36,764 bases of DNA from Candidatus Uhrbacteria bacterium (lineage in GTDB: Bacteria > Patescibacteriota > Patescibacteriia > UBA9934): contig CALRGN010000002.1 of NCBI GenBank assembly GCA_943357745.1, positions 1 through 36,764 of the forward strand, in the 5' to 3' direction. Shown piece after piece: positions 16,896-25,192 of this stretch; the stretch's first letter is position 1, and each line of letters starts with the position of its first letter. The position numbers and the translations under genes were made by a program. The notes beneath the pieces are model-generated. The model was not told the DNA's origin. It saw nothing but the letters and a program-made list of their open reading frames with translations, and did not search any database.

Positions 16896-17648
16896 ATGGA
16901 ATCAATTTTCCTCCCGTCAAAAATGTTTCTTACGCCGGGTGTTCAGGAAAACGAATCAATCTTAACCATTGAACCGCTCCATCATGGATACGGTACTTCA
17001 GTGGGGAATGCCTTGAGACGAGTTTTGCTCTCTTCACTACCCGGTTCCGCCGTTACAGCTATGAAAATCAGAGGCGTTCAGCACGAATTCGCTGGTTTAA
17101 CTGGAGTGAAGGAAGATATCCTAGACATCGGTCTTAATCTTAAACTTTTGCGACTAAAAGTTCACTCTGATGAACCGGTGGTTCTAACCCTAAAAGCTAA
17201 AGGAAACAGTGTTATCACCGCCGGTGATATTGAAAAAAATGCTGATGTTGAGATTGTAAATCCGGATTTAGTGATTGCCACTCTTACCTCTAAAACCGCC
17301 GTGCTAGATATGGAGATAACGGTAGAGAAGGGTCGGGGCTACTCAACTACAGAGACAAGAAACGAGCACAAGCAAGAAATCGGTTTAATCTACCTAGATG
17401 CTCTTTTTTCTCCAGTAAAAACAGTGGGATTAAAAGTTGAGAACACCCGCGTTGGTGAGGTCACTAACTACGATAAGTTAATTATGAACATCATTACTGA
17501 CGGCACTATTACTGCGCAAGAAGCCACGGAGCAAGCCACTAAAATTATCTTAAATCACTTTAGCTGGATTCAAGGGCAATTACAGCACGCTTCTCTTACA
17601 GAGCAAATCGCCCGATCATCTGAAGATCACAAAAGTGCTGGAGAATAA
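16896..17648 (+). CDS. rpoA: DNA-directed RNA polymerase alpha subunit, N-terminal domain only (250 aa)
   Basis: IEPLHHGYGTSVGNALRRVLLSSLPG... is typical of the alpha-NTD. The stop falls 8 nt before rplQ, and no alpha-CTD helix-hairpin-helix region is present. Confidence 0.85.
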   Translation: MESIFLPSKMFLTPGVQENESILTIEPLHHGYGTSVGNALRRVLLSSLPGSAVTAMKIRGVQHEFAGLTGVKEDILDIGLNLKLLRLKVHSDEPVVLTLKAKGNSVITAGDIEKNADVEIVNPDLVIATLTSKTAVLDMEITVEKGRGYSTTETRNEHKQEIGLIYLDALFSPVKTVGLKVENTRVGEVTNYDKLIMNIITDGTITAQEATEQATKIILNHFSWIQGQLQHASLTEQIARSSEDHKSAGE

Positions 17649-17656
17649 TTCAAAAT

Positions 17657-18007
17657 ATGCGCCATAGAAATAAAAATAAAACCTTAGGAAGGAAGGATTC
17701 TTCAAGAAAAGCTCTACTCCGTGATTTGGTCACGGCGGTAATAACTTATGATCGGATTGAGACTAGTCTTGGCAGAGCCAAGGTGGTAAAGCCGTTGATT
17801 GATAAAATGGTTACGGTTGCCAAAAAGAACAACTTGGCCGCCAGAAGACAATTACTAGGTTTCTTTACCACTGAACCAACCGTCAAAAAGCTTTTGGAAG
17901 TAATCGCACCAAAGTACGCCACCAGAGCCGGTGGGTATACTAGATTGACCAAGATTGGCACTAGACACGGTGATGCGGCACAGATGGCGGTGATTGAGTT
18001 TGTTTAA
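17657..18007 (+). CDS. rplQ: 50S ribosomal protein L17
   Basis: MRHRNKNKTLGR...GGYTRLTKIGTRHGDAAQMAVIEF. Confidence 0.95.
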   Translation: MRHRNKNKTLGRKDSSRKALLRDLVTAVITYDRIETSLGRAKVVKPLIDKMVTVAKKNNLAARRQLLGFFTTEPTVKKLLEVIAPKYATRAGGYTRLTKIGTRHGDAAQMAVIEFV

Positions 18008-18042
18008 ACCCACCAGCGAATAGTTATTATTAATAAAGAAGT

Positions 18043-18450
18043 ATGACTTCCAAGACAAAATCCGTTGGCTACACCACCCTCAAACCGGTGGCCGTAAAAA
18101 CCCCAAGAAAAACCTATCGTTGTGATGCCCAAGATAAAATTTTGGGTCGCTTAGCAACCGATATCAGCCATCATTTAATTGGTAAGACCAATGTAAATTT
18201 TCAATCCCATGTAGATAATGGAGACCTAGTTGTGGTCTCGAATGTTGGTGGAATGAAACTTACCGGAGATAAGCTGAATCAAAAGTTGTATTACCGGCAC
18301 TCTGCTAGACCAGGTGGTTTAAAAATTAACAAACTTAGTGATCTTTGGAAAAAAGATCCTTCCGATGTCTTAAAGAGAGCCGTTTGGCGGATGCTCCCAA
18401 AAAACAAACATCGCACCGCGAGGATTCTTAGATTAAAATTCACCCGCTAG
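18043..18450 (+). CDS. rplM: 50S ribosomal protein L13
   Basis: DAQDKILGRLAT.ISHHLIGK...YYRHSARPGGLK. Confidence 0.9.
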   Translation: MTSKTKSVGYTTLKPVAVKTPRKTYRCDAQDKILGRLATDISHHLIGKTNVNFQSHVDNGDLVVVSNVGGMKLTGDKLNQKLYYRHSARPGGLKINKLSDLWKKDPSDVLKRAVWRMLPKNKHRTARILRLKFTR

Positions 18451-18458
18451 ACTATATT

Positions 18459-18851
18459 ATGTCAACTGAATATTTCACCGGTTTAGGCAGAAGAAAATCA
18501 GCCATTGTAACTGCTAAAATTACTCACGGTACCGGGCTAATCACCGTCAATGGACGAGATTTTTCGGCATATTTCACCACTCCAGTTTTGCAAGGTCAAG
18601 TTAAACGGTCCCTTACTCACACTGGAAAACTAGACAGCTTTGATATCCGCATGAAGGCCAGCGGTGGTGGAATGGTGGGGCAAGCCGACGCCGCTAGATT
18701 AGCGATCGCTAGAGCTTTGATTAATTTTGAAGCCGAGTTAAGACCAACTTTAAAAGCCGTTAAATTACTCACTCGCGATCCAAGGATTAAAGAGCGCAAG
18801 AAACCAGGTAAAAGAGGAGCGCGTAGATCACCGCAATGGAGAAAGCGTTAA
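18459..18851 (+). CDS. rpsI: 30S ribosomal protein S9
   Basis: GLGRRKSAIV...GGGMVGQADAARLAIARAL...TRDPRIKERKKPG..GARRSPQWRKR. Confidence 0.95.
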   Translation: MSTEYFTGLGRRKSAIVTAKITHGTGLITVNGRDFSAYFTTPVLQGQVKRSLTHTGKLDSFDIRMKASGGGMVGQADAARLAIARALINFEAELRPTLKAVKLLTRDPRIKERKKPGKRGARRSPQWRKR

Positions 18852-18867
18852 TCAGCCAAATTGGTTT

Positions 18868-18915
18868 GATACAATCGTTAACCGATACAATCGCAAACCG
18901 ATAGAATTGCTAACC
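18868..18915. repeat. Three tandem 16-bp direct repeats (GATACAATCGTTAACC / GATACAATCGCAAACC / GATAGAATTGCTAACC) upstream of the polysaccharide locus
   Basis: Read directly from the rpsI-flippase spacer. A fourth, degenerate unit follows at 18916-18931. Confidence 0.85.
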
Positions 18916-18968
18916 AATACTGATAGTTTACAACCGTTACTTTGGTAAACTGGTATATTGTTAACAAT

Positions 18969-20429
18969 ATGTCTAGACTCTTTGGGAACACCATCTATCT
19001 TACCAGCGCCGCAGTTGCTCAAAAAATCCTCGCCTTCTTCTATTTTGCCTTGGTGGCCAGGATTCTAGGGGAGATTAATCTTGGGGAATACGCTCTGTTT
19101 CTGGCAGTAATCATGACCGCCCAAGTCTTATTTGATGCCGGCCTTTCCTCTGTGCTGGTGCGAGAAGTTGCCAAAAAACCGCAATTAGCTTTGGAGTGGT
19201 GGCGAGGAACCGCTTGGTGTAAATTATTGATTTTACCAGTTGCCACTGGATTATTTTTGTTCTCACCTTGGGAGTTGCTATGGCCAGCCTTTGCCAATCA
19301 ATCACCAGTATTGATTGCAATCGCCATTGGGATAATCTATGCGGACACCATTTCTCAATTGGCTTATGCCGTATTGCGTGGCTTGCAAACCACTAAATTT
19401 GAAGCGATCGGTATCGCCGTTGGTCAATTATTTATCTGCTTTACCGGAACCGCCTTCCTGCTTTCAGGATGGAGTACTTTAGAGGCGCTTACTCTGGCAC
19501 TGTTGGTGGGAAGCGTTTGGAATTTAATATTTTCATTATTCAAATTAGTTCAACGACTTGGAGCATCGATCTTAGTTCCAAAATCAATTTTGGGCCTTCA
19601 GCCCCTTCGGTTGGCCTTCATGTTTTTTATCGCTGCTTTGGCGGTTAAAGTATATTCATTCGCTGACAGTTTTATTCTCAACCATTTGGCTGGTCCAGCG
19701 GCAGTGGGTAATTACAGTGTTGCCTTTAAATTGACCAACGCTTTCCAGTTCTTACCGATTGCTTTAGTGGGCGGACTGTATCCCGCTTTAAGCGCCGAAC
19801 TAAATACCCCCGACAGACTGAAGGATTTGCTAATCAAATCCTGGCGCTATCTCTCATTAATTATTTTACCGGTCAGCGTTGGTTTAAGTTTGTATGCAGA
19901 AGAATTAATCCCCTTCATTTTTGGCAATCAATTTCCTCAAGCCGCCCCGGTTTTGGCAATCCTACCGTGGTTATTATGGCCTCTATTTTGGGACTATCCC
20001 ATTGGCTCGCTTTTAAATGCCGCCGGTCTACAGTCAAAAAAAACCTTAGCAATCATCATCGCCTTGGTGGTTAATATTGGTTTGAACCTAATTTTGATTC
20101 CAGAGGCAGGAGTAGTGGGAGCGGCGATTGCCTCCATAATTAGTAGCATTGTATTACTCGGCGTGGGCGCGTTCTTTGCGAGGAGTCTCATCTCTCTTTC
20201 TGTTAAGGAGATCAACCATGCCCTCATAACTCCATTACTAATTGGGGTAGTAGTTTGGCTATTTGTGCACGAACTTTTAACGGTGCTCCCTTGGATCCTA
20301 ACTTGGCCATTTTTTGCCGGAGCCATGCTAGTGGGCCTTTATCTCACCAAAACCGTTACTAACGATGATATTAAGGATCTGATCAATCGGTTTAAAAACC
20401 GATCCGTCCCAGTACCAAGTACAAATTAA
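18969..20429 (+). CDS. Polysaccharide/oligosaccharide flippase (MOP/Wzx-like), polytopic membrane protein
   Basis: The N-terminus MSRLFGNTIYLTSAAVAQKILAFFYFALVAR is typical of Wzx-type flippases, and there are roughly 12-14 TM segments. ATG 18969 is preferred over TTG 18942. Confidence 0.7.
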   Translation: MSRLFGNTIYLTSAAVAQKILAFFYFALVARILGEINLGEYALFLAVIMTAQVLFDAGLSSVLVREVAKKPQLALEWWRGTAWCKLLILPVATGLFLFSPWELLWPAFANQSPVLIAIAIGIIYADTISQLAYAVLRGLQTTKFEAIGIAVGQLFICFTGTAFLLSGWSTLEALTLALLVGSVWNLIFSLFKLVQRLGASILVPKSILGLQPLRLAFMFFIAALAVKVYSFADSFILNHLAGPAAVGNYSVAFKLTNAFQFLPIALVGGLYPALSAELNTPDRLKDLLIKSWRYLSLIILPVSVGLSLYAEELIPFIFGNQFPQAAPVLAILPWLLWPLFWDYPIGSLLNAAGLQSKKTLAIIIALVVNIGLNLILIPEAGVVGAAIASIISSIVLLGVGAFFARSLISLSVKEINHALITPLLIGVVVWLFVHELLTVLPWILTWPFFAGAMLVGLYLTKTVTNDDIKDLINRFKNRSVPVPSTN

Positions 20430-20432
20430 CCT

Positions 20433-21491
20433 ATGCCGAATATTTTTTTACTAACAATGGAATCGCCAGACTTTAATGGCGGAATTGGTCAGTATATTCG
20501 GAGTCTAGTAGCAATGCGACCGGATATTAAAGTAATTATCATTACCAAATCTTCATACCGCCAAATCATTAGCTCAATCAATTTTTTAATCTCTGCAACC
20601 GTCACTCTACATCGGCAAACAATTAATCAGACCACCCTTCAAGTTCATCACATCTTACCGGTTGGCACGGTGGTTTGGTTTTTGAGTTTATTTGGTGGAC
20701 CAAAATACGAAATTTTCTTGCATGGTTTAGATTTTTATTTAGCCACTTCAAATTTTAAAAAACGATTGCTCACAAAAATGATTCTAAAGCGGGCCACTCG
20801 GGTTGTGGTCAACAGTAACGCCCTAGCCCTAACAGTGGAAAGCTTTTCCGGAAAAACGCCCTTAGTTATTTATCCACCACTCACCGAATTCTTTTCCAAT
20901 CATCTCGCCCCCCAATTATCGTCAATTTTAGAGCCCGGTCCCGATCACAATCTCAGCCCCAGTCCCAACACACAAATCCAACTAATCACCGTCTCCCGAT
21001 TAGTGGCTCACAAAGGTCATGATCGGGTCTTAAAACTAATCGCCAGCGGTGAAATGTTTTCAAACCTTCATTATCATATTGTTGGGGAGGGACCAAATGA
21101 AGAAAATCTTAAAAATATCGTGCAAGAATTACAATTAAACAATCAGGTTACTTTTCACGGGACGGTTAGCAATGAAGATCTCCTAACCCTTTATCGCCAA
21201 TCCGATATTTTTATTATGCCCACCATAGTTACGCCCACTGGCAGGGAAGGGTTCGGAATGGTCTATTTAGAAGCGGCCAGTCAAGCCCTACCGGTGATTG
21301 CAAGTAATTTATCGGGGGTAAATGAGGCTGTGAGTGACAATCAAACCGGTCGGCTTATCAATTCCGACGCCGAACTCAGTCTGGTGTTAGCTGAGTTCAT
21401 TGAAAACCCCACTCTTAGAATGGCCTTAGGTCAAGCGGGACGGCAACGGGTGCTAGATTTCCTTCCAGCGCGGGTCTTTGCTAAGCTCTAG
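20433..21491 (+). CDS. GT4-family glycosyltransferase
   Basis: E-x7-E region REGFGMVYLEAASQALPVIASN in a GT-B C-terminal half. Confidence 0.75.
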   Translation: MPNIFLLTMESPDFNGGIGQYIRSLVAMRPDIKVIIITKSSYRQIISSINFLISATVTLHRQTINQTTLQVHHILPVGTVVWFLSLFGGPKYEIFLHGLDFYLATSNFKKRLLTKMILKRATRVVVNSNALALTVESFSGKTPLVIYPPLTEFFSNHLAPQLSSILEPGPDHNLSPSPNTQIQLITVSRLVAHKGHDRVLKLIASGEMFSNLHYHIVGEGPNEENLKNIVQELQLNNQVTFHGTVSNEDLLTLYRQSDIFIMPTIVTPTGREGFGMVYLEAASQALPVIASNLSGVNEAVSDNQTGRLINSDAELSLVLAEFIENPTLRMALGQAGRQRVLDFLPARVFAKL

Positions 21492-21494
21492 TCT

Positions 21495-23858
21495 ATGCCC
21501 GCTATTTCCATCATCATCCCTACCTTTAATCACGCCCGCTCTTTGCCAACAACTTTGGCTAGTATTTTTAAACAGACTTTTCAGGACTTTGAAGTAATCG
21601 TGGTTGACGATGGTTCCACCGATCAGACCTTCAATGCCGTCGCCCCGTATTTAGATAAAATCACCTATTTTAAGACCATAAATTCCGGTGCTAATTCTGC
21701 TAGAAATCGGGGCGCGGCGCGGGCGAGAGGGGACCAACTTCTATTTTGTGATGCCGACATCATCCTCGCCACTAATTTTCTTGAAATTCTCAACACCGCC
21801 TTAAAAAACAATCCATCCGCCAGCTTTGCCTACTCTGCTTTTAAATTCGGTTGGAAAAACTTCCCCTTGCAACATTGGTCCGTAACCAACCTCAAAAAAT
21901 TTAATTACATCCACACTACTAGCCTAATAAGAGCAAAAGATTTTCCCGGCTTTGATGCTAATATTAAACGCCTGCAAGATTGGGACCTATGGCTTACAAT
22001 GGCAGATCAAGGAAAGATCGGCATCGGAGTGGCAAACACATCCTTTCAGGTGGAACTTGATGGACTATCTAGAATCGGTTCGCATTGGATGCCAAAGTTA
22101 TTCTACACTCTTCCTTGGGAAAAGCTCGGTTGGGTTCCTGAAATACTCCAAAAATATTTCCAAGCCAGAGCGGTGATCGCAAATAAGCACAGCCTTGATA
22201 AAAGCTTCATCGCCACCCGGTTAGTCACTCCTCCTCCCACCACCGATGCGACCAATCTCCCCACCAGTAAGCCATTTTTCAGCTCCACTATTCTCATCGG
22301 GTTGATCGCCTTTCACGGCTTGGCCGCACTTGCCTCTACTCGCCCGGATTTAGCTACCTTTATGCTGGTTGCGATTTTCTTAACCGGCTTTTATTTGAGT
22401 ATTCGTTCTTTGCCGGCTGCCCTCGGAATCGCGCTGATTGAGTTGATGGTTGGTGGTCACGGTCATCTTCTTGAAGGAGAATTGGGCGGAGTAAGCATAT
22501 TTCTGCGACTAGCAATATTTGCCGGCATAATGAGCGGTTTTTCCGGTGGTTTACTACTCAAAAAATACAAGCCAATCGTATATTATCCTCAATTAATAAT
22601 CTATGGATCGTTGGCGCTCACCGTGATCTATGGAGTTTTGATTGGTCTAAAAACAAACCCAATCGCCACTGTCTTTGATGATAGCAATTCCTATAGCTTC
22701 CTCCTCTATTTCATCCCCCTTATCTCCATCAATTGGACCAAGGCGTTACAAGATCAGGTGGTCAGATTGTTATTTAACGGGGCAATCTTTATTGCTGGTT
22801 GGACTATCTTACAAGTTTATTTATTTAATCATCTAGGGGGTATTCCCATTCAGGATCTTTATACCTTCGTAAGAGACTCCAGAACTTTTGAAGTTACCTT
22901 GCTGAAAAATGAGTTTATAACCGCTTGGCTTGGAAATCATCCGTGGTATTTTAGAATTTTTGGGCAAGGCCAGATATTTTTAGCAGTCAGTCTTGGCGCC
23001 TGGTGGTGGGTATTAGCCACAACTAAGTGGCAGCCTAAAATCATCATTCCGTTTATTTTGATTATCACGGCACTTGTTGCAAGTTGGTCACGCTCCATCA
23101 TCATCGGAATTATTCTCGCTTTACCGATTTTATATTATTTACCAAGATTAAACAAAACCATTAAATCAATCATAATTTTGGGCTTCAAAACTTCAACCCT
23201 GGTGTTGATTAGCTTCCTTGGATTTTTTGTAATTACAATCATCCCCCCTACAGTTGACCTAACCTCAGCTTCATTTTATAAAAATACTGCCCAGAACACT
23301 CGTGATTTAGCGGTGACCAGCCGTTGGAACCTACTTCCGCCATTAAATTCGCTCATCATGGCTGATCCATTGCTGGGTAGTGGGCTGGGCAGATCCGTTA
23401 CCTACATTTCTGATGATCCCAGGATCAGAGCAGAAATCCCATCGGGAGAGCTTTCCACCTATCGCTTTGAATGGGGTTATCATGATTTGGCGGTGAAGTT
23501 TGGACTAGCTGGTTTACTAATTTGGTTACTCGCTTTAGCGGCGATAATAAAAATAATGCTCTCAGGGTCTCAAGCAATCCAACTGTCCAATCAAGCCCAC
23601 CCAACCTCCACGCCCCCTCTCACTGATTATTATTTACGAGTTTCCTATGCCTTTGGTTTAATTGTTTTAATCGGCACCAATATCTTTTCTCCTTACTTCA
23701 ATCATCCCATTGGTTTAGGCTATCTTTTATTGGGGCTAGTTTTCTGGCCCACTTTCCCTAGCATCCAACTCAAAAATCTTACCCAAACGGTCAGCGTGGT
23801 CTCTAACCAGCTCTTGTCCACTCAAGCTCCGGCCACCCGGGAACTGAACTCGCACTAA
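21495..23858 (+). CDS. Fusion protein: N-terminal GT2 glycosyltransferase plus C-terminal polytopic O-antigen ligase/polymerase-like membrane domain
   Basis: ISIIIPTFNHARSL...VIVVDDGSTD and a DAD (DxD) motif in the first ~230 aa. The remainder has roughly 12 TM helices with a SWSRSIIIG-type segment reminiscent of Wzy_C domains. Confidence 0.65.
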   Translation: MPAISIIIPTFNHARSLPTTLASIFKQTFQDFEVIVVDDGSTDQTFNAVAPYLDKITYFKTINSGANSARNRGAARARGDQLLFCDADIILATNFLEILNTALKNNPSASFAYSAFKFGWKNFPLQHWSVTNLKKFNYIHTTSLIRAKDFPGFDANIKRLQDWDLWLTMADQGKIGIGVANTSFQVELDGLSRIGSHWMPKLFYTLPWEKLGWVPEILQKYFQARAVIANKHSLDKSFIATRLVTPPPTTDATNLPTSKPFFSSTILIGLIAFHGLAALASTRPDLATFMLVAIFLTGFYLSIRSLPAALGIALIELMVGGHGHLLEGELGGVSIFLRLAIFAGIMSGFSGGLLLKKYKPIVYYPQLIIYGSLALTVIYGVLIGLKTNPIATVFDDSNSYSFLLYFIPLISINWTKALQDQVVRLLFNGAIFIAGWTILQVYLFNHLGGIPIQDLYTFVRDSRTFEVTLLKNEFITAWLGNHPWYFRIFGQGQIFLAVSLGAWWWVLATTKWQPKIIIPFILIITALVASWSRSIIIGIILALPILYYLPRLNKTIKSIIILGFKTSTLVLISFLGFFVITIIPPTVDLTSASFYKNTAQNTRDLAVTSRWNLLPPLNSLIMADPLLGSGLGRSVTYISDDPRIRAEIPSGELSTYRFEWGYHDLAVKFGLAGLLIWLLALAAIIKIMLSGSQAIQLSNQAHPTSTPPLTDYYLRVSYAFGLIVLIGTNIFSPYFNHPIGLGYLLLGLVFWPTFPSIQLKNLTQTVSVVSNQLLSTQAPATRELNSH

Positions 23859-24674
23859 TTCAACTGCTTGATCAGCCGTACCCACAAACGGTATATAACT
23901 TTTATCAATAAACAAAACTCCAGCCTCTAAACTAATCGGGCTAATTTTAACTTCCAGAATCTTTAGACCATTGAATACTGTACCGGGCCAAGAAGAAAAC
24001 GCCCTTACGGTATTAAAAATTTGTTTCGCCGTTTTGGTGAAGTCCAGGGCACCATTTTCTTTTTTTATCAGTTTACAATAAGTGGCAGAATCATGATTCT
24101 GCTCAACCGGCTTCAGGTCACCGGCAAGATACGGTAAAATTATCGAAGCTAATAGTTCTGATCCTTGAGAGGCTAATTTTGTGGACAAGGTAAAATAATT
24201 ATCAGAGGAAAGAATAGGAATCATTTCTGATTGCGCCACCACTGGACCGTGATCCATTTGTTCATCAAGTTTAATAATTGTAGAAGCGGTTTCCACCTCA
24301 CCACTAGCGATCGCCGCTTGGATAGGGGATGGGCCACGGAATTTTGGTAATTTAGAGGGATGTAGGTTGATCCAGCCAAGTTTTGGTAAATCAAGCAACC
24401 AAGGGGGCAAGATTTTGCCATACGCCACTACCACCCCCAAATCAAATTCTCTGCCAACAAAATCTTCTCTTACTAGATTTTCTGGAGTAATTACTAATAA
24501 TCCCAACTCGGAAGCTAAATCTTTAATGGGGGATGATACCGATTTCAACCCCCGCCCCGATAGACGGGCTGGTTGTGTGAGCACTAGCCCAATTTTAATT
24601 CCCGTCATCTCTGCCAATTTTTGCAAACTCGGCACGGAAAAATTAGGCGTGCCAGCAAAGAGAATTCTATACAT
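23736..24674 (-). CDS. fmt: Methionyl-tRNA formyltransferase
   Basis: MYRILFAGTPNFSVPSL..., NLHPSKLPKFRGPSPIQAAI, downstream of def. ATG 24674 is preferred over 24701. Confidence 0.9.
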   Translation of the reverse strand: MYRILFAGTPNFSVPSLQKLAEMTGIKIGLVLTQPARLSGRGLKSVSSPIKDLASELGLLVITPENLVREDFVGREFDLGVVVAYGKILPPWLLDLPKLGWINLHPSKLPKFRGPSPIQAAIASGEVETASTIIKLDEQMDHGPVVAQSEMIPILSSDNYFTLSTKLASQGSELLASIILPYLAGDLKPVEQNHDSATYCKLIKKENGALDFTKTAKQIFNTVRAFSSWPGTVFNGLKILEVKISPISLEAGVLFIDKSYIPFVGTADQAVELVRVQFPGGRSLSGQELVRDHADRLGKIFELDARESGPEN

Positions 24675-24709
24675 AATGCAAAATTTATTAACGCACCACA
24701 AAAAAACAG

Positions 24710-25192
24710 CTAAATAATTGAATCACTTGATTTTAAGTATCTTTTCACTTTATCAATAAACAATATCCCGTCTAGATGATCAATCTCATGTTGAAAAATT
24801 ACGGAAATCAATCCACTAGCCGAAATTTCTTCAGGGTGTCCAGTTTCAGAAATAACCTCCACCACCACACTCCTATGTCTATCAACCACCCCCCATATCC
24901 CCGGCACCGATAAGCAACCTTCCTCAAACTCAATCATTTTGAATGATTTGGTTTTAATTTTGGGATTAAAATATGCTTTGATACCGGTTTTTGTTTCCAC
25001 CACAATTAGGCGTTTGTTAACCCCAATTTGCGGAGCGGCTAAACCCACTCCGTGTTCTAAAACAATCGATCGTTTCATCTCGGCTACCAATTGCTTGGTG
25101 TCAGTATTGTCAATATCGGCAAGCAAAAAATCATCCGAGACCGTTCTAAGGATCGGATTGGGATCAACAATTAGTTTAAGCCGGTTTTTCAT
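24710..25192 (-). CDS. def: Peptide deformylase
   Basis: Motifs GVGLAAPQIG, EGCLSVPG and HEIDHLDG. Its ATG overlaps the priA stop (ATGA). Confidence 0.95.
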   Translation of the reverse strand: MKNRLKLIVDPNPILRTVSDDFLLADIDNTDTKQLVAEMKRSIVLEHGVGLAAPQIGVNKRLIVVETKTGIKAYFNPKIKTKSFKMIEFEEGCLSVPGIWGVVDRHRSVVVEVISETGHPEEISASGLISVIFQHEIDHLDGILFIDKVKRYLKSSDSII

